The notes below the pieces were generated by a model that saw nothing but the letters and a program-made list of their open reading frames with translations, did no database searches and was not told the origin of the DNA. From a virus (taxonomy: Duplodnaviria > Heunggongvirae > Uroviricota > Caudoviricetes): a stretch of DNA of 12,765 nt. Positions within the stretch are counted from its first letter, which is position 1, and each line of letters begins with the position of its first letter. The stretch is taken from IMG/VR virus record IMGVR_UViG_2529292922_000012, positions 1-12,765 of that record; one strand, written 5' to 3'. Position numbers and translations under genes: made by a program. Below, one piece after another: positions 1-6,256 of the stretch.

Positions 1-274
1 GTCCCATTGACCGAATATTAAGATAATGACTTCCTGTTAACCACCCCTGTATGCTTAAGATGACCCTTCCCGCATCCACACCTCGCCCATCATCCCAACC
101 ACGGATAAACTCACCGCGTAAATCCGGTAATTTATTGGTGGGGTAGGCCTTTGCCAGTTTGGGATACATTTCAGAAGAAAATGCTGCACCATTGCATTTT
201 AGCCAGCCCGTTGGTGGTGTTTCTAAGGGCCACGGAACGGGCACACCAACAGGCAGTGCAGAGCCTTCCCCTAA
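1..274 (-). CDS. Tail-fibre C-terminal cassette, 5' part only (continues past the left window edge); no start codon of its own
   Basis: Minus-strand frame open from ~274 to position 1. Translation begins ...LGEGSALPVGVPVPWP...DDGRGVDAGR like the two downstream cassettes, then diverges. Antisense of track ORF 159..362. Confidence 0.6.
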
Positions 275-329
275 ACCAACGTTTTCATGCCGCCCTTACG
301 ATATAATTAAACGCAATGTTACGAGGACG
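69..329. repeat. Direct repeat copy A (~260 bp) spanning a cassette boundary
   Basis: Near-identical to 508..768 at a constant 439-bp offset, with scattered substitutions. Confidence 0.9.
266..291. other. Candidate invertase crossover site (cix/mix/hix-like), copy 1
   Basis: TTCCCCTAAACCAACGTTTTCATGCC. Shares the AAACC-AA-(C/G)GTTT core with recalled hixL (TTCTTGAAAACCAAGGTTTTTGATAA). Sits at the 5' end of a cassette. Confidence 0.5.
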
Positions 330-713
330 AATGGTTACATAATTAACCCCATCACCTCGTGAAGGCCCTGCAAATGAAAAACGGGAAAATCCTGGTTGGT
401 TAGAAACAATTTGGTCATAGTTATTGATTGAATGACCAGACCCAATGTCGAAATTACCTCCGTAATGAGAAAAACTTGTACCATCCTGCCCTGAAAGCAG
501 GGTACGTCCCGCATCAATCCCGCGCCCATCATCCCAGCCACGGATAAATTCACCGCGTAAATCCGGTAATTTATTGGTGGGGTAGGCTTTTGCCAGTTTG
601 GGATACATTTCAGAAGAAAATGCTGCACCATTGCATTTTAGCCAGCCCGTTGGTGGTGTTTCTAAGGGCCACGGAACGGGCACACCAACAGGCAGTGCAG
701 AGCCTTCCCCCAA
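285..713 (-). CDS. Tail-fibre C-terminal variable cassette (collar-like conserved N-part, variable tip, conserved ...RPRNIAFNYIVRAA end)
   Basis: Track ORF, 142 aa. N-terminal ~65 aa near-identical to cassette 724..1185. The 'M' is a TTG inside the crossover-like site; the frame stays open a few codons upstream, so it is probably a 3' gene segment fused to a constant 5' part after inversion. Confidence 0.75.
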   Translation of the reverse strand: MGEGSALPVGVPVPWPLETPPTGWLKCNGAAFSSEMYPKLAKAYPTNKLPDLRGEFIRGWDDGRGIDAGRTLLSGQDGTSFSHYGGNFDIGSGHSINNYDQIVSNQPGFSRFSFAGPSRGDGVNYVTIRPRNIAFNYIVRAA

Positions 714-768
714 ACCAACGTTTTTATGCCGCCCTTACGATATAATTAAAGGCAATATTACGAGGACG
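508..768. repeat. Direct repeat copy B (~260 bp)
   Basis: Aligns with 69..329 and, more divergently, with 982..1197. Confidence 0.9.
705..730. other. Candidate invertase crossover site, copy 2
   Basis: TTCCCCCAAACCAACGTTTTTATGCC. Imperfect dyad around a central AA, same orientation as copy 1. Confidence 0.55.
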
Positions 769-1185
769 GTTTTCATTAGCTGTTGGCACGACACGAGAGG
801 CGTCGAATCCAAGGTCATCGGTTTTGCCTATATCAGTTGTGTTATTCGGCATTCTCGCAGATCGTGTTCCTGCATCATAAAAAGCCCCTCTGATTGCATC
901 AAAAGACATGCCAATCCCGCCATCTGCGAACCCCTCAATATTTCTTATTGCATCCCCCTGTGAAGATAATAATTGTCGCCCGGCATCCACACCACGTCCG
1001 TCATCCCAGCCACGAATAAATTCACCGCGTAAATCCGGCAATTTATTAGTAGGGTAAGCCTTTGCCAGATTTGGGTACTTTTCAGAAGAAAATGCTGCTC
1101 CGTTACATTTCAGCCACCCCGTTGGCGGAGTGGCTGAGGGCCACGGAACAGGTACGCCAACGGGCAGTGCTGAGCCTTCCCCCAA
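724..1185 (-). CDS. Tail-fibre C-terminal variable cassette, proximal to the invertase gene
   Basis: Track ORF, 153 aa. Same conserved N-part (GEGSALPVGVPVPWP..TPPTGWLKCNGAAFSSE..AKAYPTNKLPDLRGEFIRGWDDGRG) and same C-terminal NIAFNYIVRAA as 285..713, with a different middle. Begins at TTG inside the crossover-like site. Confidence 0.75.
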   Translation of the reverse strand: MGEGSALPVGVPVPWPSATPPTGWLKCNGAAFSSEKYPNLAKAYPTNKLPDLRGEFIRGWDDGRGVDAGRQLLSSQGDAIRNIEGFADGGIGMSFDAIRGAFYDAGTRSARMPNNTTDIGKTDDLGFDASRVVPTANENRPRNIAFNYIVRAA

Positions 1186-1197
1186 ACCAACGTTTTA
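982..1197. repeat. Direct repeat copy C (~215 bp, more diverged; homology stops at the crossover-like site)
   Basis: Aligns with copies A and B from 'catcccagccacg' to 'caaaccaacgtttt', then diverges toward the invertase gene. Confidence 0.85.
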
Positions 1198-1203
1198 GTC
1201 TTA
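1178..1203. other. Candidate invertase crossover site, copy 3 (right boundary of the invertible region, ~55 bp upstream of the invertase start)
   Basis: TTCCCCCAAACCAACGTTTTAGTCTT. Repeat homology ends exactly here. Arrangement mirrors gixR-gin and cixR-cin. Confidence 0.55.
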
Positions 1204-1256
1204 ATCCCTACCTATACCAACGATGTATTTTTAACTAAACAAAGAGGTTGTTTTTC

Positions 1257-1829
1257 ATGCAAATTGGCTACATTCGTGTGTCAACAAATGACCAAAACAC
1301 AGATTTACAAAGAAATGCACTGAACTGCGCAGGATGTGAACTGATTTTTGAAGATAAAATAAGCGGAACAAAGTCAGCCAGACCAGGCTTGAAAAAGCTG
1401 CTCAGAACGTTATCAGAAGGAGATACGCTGGTTGTCTGGAAGCTGGATAGGCTTGGCAGAAGTATGAAACACCTTATCACGCTTATAGAGGAGTTGCGGG
1501 AAAAAGGTGTTAATTTCCGTAGTCTGACAGACAGTATTGACACATCAACACCCATGGGGCGTTTCTTTTTTCATGTCATGGGTGCTTTAGCAGAAATGGA
1601 ACGTGAATTAATTGTTGAGAGAACACTGGCCGGACTGGCAGCTGCACGCGAACAGGGACGCATTGGCGGACGTCGCCCGAAGTTGACAAAAGAACAACAT
1701 GAGCAAATAGCGAGGTTGATCGAAAATGGCTACAGCAGGAAACAGTTGGCAATTATTTACGATATCGGTGTATCGACGATTTATCGTTATCATCCTGTAG
1801 AGAAGCGCCAAACTCAATCTGAGCTGTAA
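1257..1829 (+). CDS. cin: Serine recombinase, Hin/Gin/Cin/Pin/Min-family DNA invertase
   Basis: MQIGYIRVSTNDQNTDLQ...VVWKLDRLGRSMKHL...SLTDSIDTSTPMGRFFFHVMGALAEMERELIVERT...GRIGGRRPKL plus C-terminal HTH: canonical invertase motifs with catalytic Ser in IGYIRVST. The track starts at an upstream TTG (1248); I chose the internal ATG, which gives the family-typical N-terminus. Symbol reflects P1-like context. Confidence 0.9.
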   Translation: MQIGYIRVSTNDQNTDLQRNALNCAGCELIFEDKISGTKSARPGLKKLLRTLSEGDTLVVWKLDRLGRSMKHLITLIEELREKGVNFRSLTDSIDTSTPMGRFFFHVMGALAEMERELIVERTLAGLAAAREQGRIGGRRPKLTKEQHEQIARLIENGYSRKQLAIIYDIGVSTIYRYHPVEKRQTQSEL

Positions 1830-1951
1830 TTCTAATGCCGCGTCGGTGTAATTTATCTTGATAGAATAGGTACATTTATCGCGCGGCACATCAATTCGAT
1901 GTATCTAGCGCCTGCTGACCGCTAATGAAAACTGTTCTCGAAATGTTGTCC

Positions 1952-1970
1952 CTAGTCCGAGACTAGGGTA
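1952..1970. repeat. Perfect 8-bp inverted repeat CCCTAGTC-cga-GACTAGGG in the intergenic region
   Basis: Seen directly. No U-tract on either side, so more likely a protein-binding dyad or RNA structure than an intrinsic terminator. Confidence 0.4.
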
Positions 1971-2264
1971 TCACCTCTGGAAAGCATACGCAGAACCTTT
2001 TTTAACCCAGGGTGCCCAGCTTTTTTGCTGCTCGCCTTATTCGCAAAAATTAGCTCACATCCTGCGCTTTCAAGTGCTTTTCACTGCATAGCTGTGTTTT
2101 GTTCATTTGTCTATATGCGTACATAGCCTATTAGCATATTTTCTGCCCACTATCGTTATTTATTGCAAGCTACAGGTTTTAATTAACAAAACCAGTGTGT
2201 GTGGAAATCACAAAGTGCATACCGTTCTCAAATGTTGTTCAACTTACTGTTGTATAGGTAAAAA

Positions 2265-2528
2265 ATGACATTTTATGTACATATCGTGATGTTATCCCTT
2301 CTTGGTGGGGTGTATTCGTATTTGAGTGGGCTATGTGAAAACCGTTACGAGTCTTCATGCAAGAAATTGCTGGCCGAATGTATTTCCGCCGTACTTGCTG
2401 GCTTTATTGGCATGTATCTCGCGGAATATAAGGACATGAATGAAAGCCTTCAGAGCTGCATGGTTCTTATTTTCAGCGCCAATAGCAGGCTTATTATTGA
2501 AGGTTCCAAAAGTCGGTTGAATAGGTAA
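2265..2528 (+). CDS. Hypothetical small protein with two hydrophobic segments
   Basis: Track ORF, 87 aa. Weak SD (AGGT ~9 nt upstream). Hydrophobic stretches IVMLSLLGGVYSYLSGL and ISAVLAGFIGMYLA. No recognised family. Confidence 0.3.
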   Translation: MTFYVHIVMLSLLGGVYSYLSGLCENRYESSCKKLLAECISAVLAGFIGMYLAEYKDMNESLQSCMVLIFSANSRLIIEGSKSRLNR

Positions 2529-2602
2529 GTCTCTTATGCAACATAACCGGTTGAGAAGTTACTTTGCATACCATTACCTCCTGACAACGTAGGAGGGAAC
2601 TT

Positions 2603-2932
2603 GTGCTTGACACACAGGAATTAGCTCCAGTTGCTATTGCGCTCCTGCTTTCAGTAATTGGTGGGATAGGCACGTTCCTGATGGATGTCCGAGACGGTCG
2701 CCAGTCTGGCAATTTGTTGGGATTGGTTACGGAGATCTTTGTTGCAGTGACAGCTGGCGCGGTGGCGTACCTATTGGGGCAACACGAGGGCTGGGAGTTA
2801 TCAATTACGTACTTAATGGTAACGATAGCCAGCAATAACGGTCATGAGGTGATTTCAGGGATGAAACGAGTGAATATCGATAGCATTCTGAATGTTCTTA
2901 CAAGTTTGGTGAAAAAGGGAGGCGGGAAATGA
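2603..2932 (+). CDS. lydA: Holin-like small membrane protein; LydA-like first gene of the lysis/dar operon
   Basis: Strong SD AGGAGGG 6 nt before GTG start. 109 aa with 2-3 predicted TM segments and a charged C-terminus (KKGGGK), which is holin architecture. Position after cin matches my recollection of P1. Confidence 0.55.
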   Translation: MLDTQELAPVAIALLLSVIGGIGTFLMDVRDGRQSGNLLGLVTEIFVAVTAGAVAYLLGQHEGWELSITYLMVTIASNNGHEVISGMKRVNIDSILNVLTSLVKKGGGK

Positions 2933-3372
2933 TTGGCTGGGGTGTATGCGTTCTTGCGTTAGCCTTAGCCGATCGCTATTTGCTAAAACGCAAGGACATC
3001 ACGCATTTAGAACTTGGTGATGTGGAAATTAAACCGGGTTTCATCCGGGTGCCGTTCAAATACCGGTCTAAATTCCCGTTTTTGCGCGGCGCAACGGTCA
3101 GATATTGGATCCGCGATGTTCAGAAGCCGACGACAGTGATTGAAGGCGAACAACGTTGTTTGACGTCGGCTGAACAGGGCGAAAACAGTGAATGGTTGTA
3201 CATACCCACTGAATATATGGGTAAAGGAGAGCGACTGTGGCATTTCAACGTCATGGTTACGCATGGCGACTCGTTCATTAACCCGTTGTATCGGATTTTC
3301 CCTGTTACTCAGCAAATCCGCAGAAGTTACGTAATAAATCTCGCACAGGATGTGTCAGATGACGAAAAATAA
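2929..3372 (+). CDS. lydB: LydB-like protein (putative holin antagonist) with N-terminal hydrophobic segment
   Basis: ATGA overlap with the preceding stop. SD GGGAGG. 147 aa. Named by synteny only. Confidence 0.45.
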   Translation: MIGWGVCVLALALADRYLLKRKDITHLELGDVEIKPGFIRVPFKYRSKFPFLRGATVRYWIRDVQKPTTVIEGEQRCLTSAEQGENSEWLYIPTEYMGKGERLWHFNVMVTHGDSFINPLYRIFPVTQQIRRSYVINLAQDVSDDEK

Positions 3373-3961
3373 GTATGCAACGGTCGATTTTGACCAGGTT
3401 AATGAAAAGGGGCTGAAATCCCTTATCGCGGCGATCAATAAAACCGGTGTTACGGTAATTGAGGTTGACTCCAGCAACCGCGCAACAACGAAAGATGGCG
3501 TTAAAGTTAAAACCGCAAAGCTGGTTCTTAACGACGGACAAATTCTTGCCATACAGGTAAACGATACTGGCGATATATCGTCTGTGAGGCTGAATGGAAA
3601 AGCTATTCCTAACGCTCAGTCGCCGGATATCAAGACGCTTGGTACCGTCATGGGGCAAGCGGCCCGCAAAAACTCCGCAAAATTCCAGAAATCACTGATC
3701 GCCAAAGCGAAACGTGTTGCCAATCCGGTAGACAAGAAACCGGCAGTAAAATCCAACTTTCAGCGCCTGCAAGAGGCAAAACAGCGGAATGCTCAGGTGG
3801 TTGCCGCTTATAAATCAGCGCAGAACTCGGTGTCTTTCAATCAACAGCAGATCACTGATTTGCGGGCGAAGCTGGATAAGGAGACAGGCCGACTCAATAA
3901 CGAAAAGGCCCGAAATGGCGAACTCAAACGCCGTCTTAAGCAACTGAAAGCAGGAAATTAA
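3359..3961 (+). CDS. hdf: Hdf-like protein (homologue of a DarA fragment), coiled-coil C-terminus
   Basis: Shares a segment with the next protein (..ARKNSAKFQKSLIAKAK.. versus ..AEKNSAKFQRAQKKKKA..), also visible at DNA level. Start ambiguous: 3350 or 3359; overlaps the lydB 3' end. Confidence 0.6.
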   Translation: MTKNKYATVDFDQVNEKGLKSLIAAINKTGVTVIEVDSSNRATTKDGVKVKTAKLVLNDGQILAIQVNDTGDISSVRLNGKAIPNAQSPDIKTLGTVMGQAARKNSAKFQKSLIAKAKRVANPVDKKPAVKSNFQRLQEAKQRNAQVVAAYKSAQNSVSFNQQQITDLRAKLDKETGRLNNEKARNGELKRRLKQLKAGN

Positions 3962-3962
3962 C

Positions 3963-5882
3963 ATGGAACAGTTCAATATCAATAAAGGGGTGACGATCAA
4001 GCCTGGGCTTGACGTGCTTCCCCCGCCAGTGACTGATGATGAATATCGCGCATTAATGGCCGGTGAGGACCGCTATCTGATGACGGAATCCAACACCCTG
4101 GAGGAAATCGAGGCTACGTTCTTCTATGACACGCCGATCCACTGGTGTGCTACGGATTTACTGGAGGCGATTAGTTCTACTCGTTTGCAGTTACACCGGA
4201 CCATGCAGGCATTTGTCCGGGCATTGAACCAGAAGCTGAATGGTACCGGAATCTCTGCGGGGAGTGATAAAACGGGGGATGTGGCCCAGAGCGGCGCGCG
4301 CGCGATCGGCGGTGCTGAAATTGGCCGGGCACGTAACGTTAACGGGCTGCCGGTCCTGCCAGCCATTATTCCGCTCAGTGATGGTCAGACTATCAGCATT
4401 CTGTTTCATAGCCCGACAGCGGAAAACCGGATCACCAATAGCGATACGCTGGTTGCTTTCCAGTTCTTACTGAATAAAAAAGACGTTACTCACACCGTTG
4501 CTCCGATGAGTGGACGTGATATGACGCTGGCGCAGGTCACCATGAAACTTGCCAACCTTGCAGAGAAAAACTCGGCAAAATTTCAGCGTGCGCAGAAGAA
4601 GAAAAAAGCCCTTGTTGATGAAATAACCCAACTACAGGCTGACAGTGACCAGAAAGAGGATGCCATGAGCGACCTCGTGGATCAGGTGGCAGCGGTAGAA
4701 GGGCAGAAGGTAGATCTGGAGCAGAAAATTAACGCTGTTGCATCGGAAGCGGATTCTCTTTATGAAGAGAATGAGCGTTTGCAGACGGAGATTGATCAGC
4801 TCAATCGCACTGGTGGGCGCGATACCATTGCTCCTGCGGGGATGACTGGTGGACACTCTCGCGCGATGACGGATCGCCTTGCCAGTATCAAAAATCGTAT
4901 GCATATGAACGGGGAAGTGACGCTCAGTAATGGTGCATCAATGAAGCAATTCATTGAGGACGGCGAAGGGTATATCCAGTTAACCGATTCGGATGGCAGC
5001 GTGTACATGATCAAGGCTAAATCCATACAGGGTGTGGACATGGCAGATGCGATCGGCAAGCTGTTTAAAGCCTATAAAGCGGGTAATGTATCGGAATACC
5101 TGGTCCAACCAGAAGAACATAAACCGGAAAACGTCGAACCTGAACCAGCGGAGGATACCGGTAGCTCTTCGCCTGAACCAGAAGTCTCTGTAGGTGCATA
5201 TCGATATGCCCTGCAAATGCGTCCGGCGGCCCCTGGCGCAATACCTGAAGGTAACAAAGCAATTCTGCCGCGCCCTGATGAAGGTGACCCGTATTATGAA
5301 TATGCACGCTACGGCATTGCTACTTACGATACCCCGCTTTCTGATCAGCAAATGAGTGAGTACGACCTGAAGTTATTGCCTCGCGAGGATTCTTTCGACT
5401 TCCTGGCGAAGACACTTACTAATGGTCCGTTTGGCAAATATGCACAAAAAGCTCTGGAGCTGGCCACCAGCTCACCAGACGAGTTCCGCGTAATGCTGAA
5501 AACTCAGTTTCAAAAAACTTTCCCCAATATTGCGTTTCCGGGGGGCGCTGGCACCGAGAAAATGGTGCAGAGCATGATCAATGCATTGCAGGCCGAAGTC
5601 GGTGAGATTACTCAGCCAGAACCTGCCCCGGCACAGCCTGATGAAACGGTTAGCGAAGCAGATGCAGAGGCTAATAAAGCCATTGAATATCTCAATAACG
5701 TGATGGATATGCAAAGCACTGACATGGCGGAGATCCGTAACGCCCGGGGTAATGTCCGGGAAGCGATTGCAGCCCTTCAGGCTGCCGGGCGTTTTGAGGA
5801 AAACGAAGAGCTGGTTAATGGCGCTGCTCGCCACTTGGCTGATCTGCTGGTAGCAATCCAGAAAGCGGGGGTAGCGGCATGA
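3963..5882 (+). CDS. darA: DarA-like anti-restriction / head-internal protein
   Basis: 639 aa. ATG 2 nt after the hdf stop, with SD AGGAA. Central coiled coil, Pro/Glu-rich linker. Named from size, position and paralogy with hdf. Confidence 0.6.
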   Translation: MEQFNINKGVTIKPGLDVLPPPVTDDEYRALMAGEDRYLMTESNTLEEIEATFFYDTPIHWCATDLLEAISSTRLQLHRTMQAFVRALNQKLNGTGISAGSDKTGDVAQSGARAIGGAEIGRARNVNGLPVLPAIIPLSDGQTISILFHSPTAENRITNSDTLVAFQFLLNKKDVTHTVAPMSGRDMTLAQVTMKLANLAEKNSAKFQRAQKKKKALVDEITQLQADSDQKEDAMSDLVDQVAAVEGQKVDLEQKINAVASEADSLYEENERLQTEIDQLNRTGGRDTIAPAGMTGGHSRAMTDRLASIKNRMHMNGEVTLSNGASMKQFIEDGEGYIQLTDSDGSVYMIKAKSIQGVDMADAIGKLFKAYKAGNVSEYLVQPEEHKPENVEPEPAEDTGSSSPEPEVSVGAYRYALQMRPAAPGAIPEGNKAILPRPDEGDPYYEYARYGIATYDTPLSDQQMSEYDLKLLPREDSFDFLAKTLTNGPFGKYAQKALELATSSPDEFRVMLKTQFQKTFPNIAFPGGAGTEKMVQSMINALQAEVGEITQPEPAPAQPDETVSEADAEANKAIEYLNNVMDMQSTDMAEIRNARGNVREAIAALQAAGRFEENEELVNGAARHLADLLVAIQKAGVAA

Positions 5883-6244
5883 CACTATCAGCTATTGAGT
5901 TAATGGATCTCAGCGATAAGTTGGATGCTTTGATGTCCAAAGCGGCTACCGCGAGTGGCATGGAGTTGCTGGATATCAGCGATGAAATTGACCAGATCAT
6001 GCAACAGATGGGGTACGGTGTGTCCGGCGGCAGTAGTGGCGAGGAAAAACAACCTTCGGTACATGATGGTGTGCCAAAACTGGTTGCTGATTTCCTGGCT
6101 GATAAATTCGTCGATCAGAGCACCGATGCATTTATCGGTACCTTGCAGGATTTGAGTCAATATGTTGGCACATACATCGACCTGGACCAGGTTAAACAGC
6201 ACACGGCGGCATGGATAGCCGCCAACATTAAAGAGGCAGCATAA
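5879..6244 (+). CDS. ddrA: DdrA-like small acidic protein
   Basis: ATGA overlap with the darA stop. 121 aa. Named by synteny. Confidence 0.5.
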   Translation: MTLSAIELMDLSDKLDALMSKAATASGMELLDISDEIDQIMQQMGYGVSGGSSGEEKQPSVHDGVPKLVADFLADKFVDQSTDAFIGTLQDLSQYVGTYIDLDQVKQHTAAWIAANIKEAA

Positions 6245-6256
6245 GGCGTAACAGGG

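Noticed and set aside
159-362. Plus-strand 67-aa ORF inside repeat copy A
   Set aside because: Antisense shadow of the minus-strand cassette. It is duplicated only because the underlying DNA repeat is duplicated, and has no RBS or recognisable protein features.
598-963. Plus-strand 121-aa ORF inside repeat copy B
   Set aside because: Same antisense shadow as 159..362, extended by chance; it overlaps two better-supported minus-strand cassettes.
285-1185. The 'M' start codons reported for the two cassette ORFs
   Set aside because: Both are TTG codons inside the crossover-like site and the frame is open upstream of them. They are more likely internal Leu codons of a gene segment that needs fusion to a constant 5' part.
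69-1197. The repeat array as a CRISPR array
   Set aside because: The repeats are ~215-260 bp, protein-coding and separated by ~180-220 bp of coding sequence. There are no short 25-40 bp repeats with unique spacers.
1952-1970. The hairpin as the rho-independent terminator of the invertase gene
   Set aside because: It has a perfect stem but no U-tract on either strand, so I list it only as a dyad of unknown function.
2494-2835. Minus-strand 113-aa ORF overlapping the holin-like gene
   Set aside because: It overlaps an ORF with a strong SD and holin-like architecture on the other strand, and has no signals of its own.
4124-5885. Several minus-strand ORFs (60-137 aa) inside the 639-aa gene
   Set aside because: They are fully embedded antisense in a long, coupled, well-supported plus-strand gene, with no RBS or conserved features.
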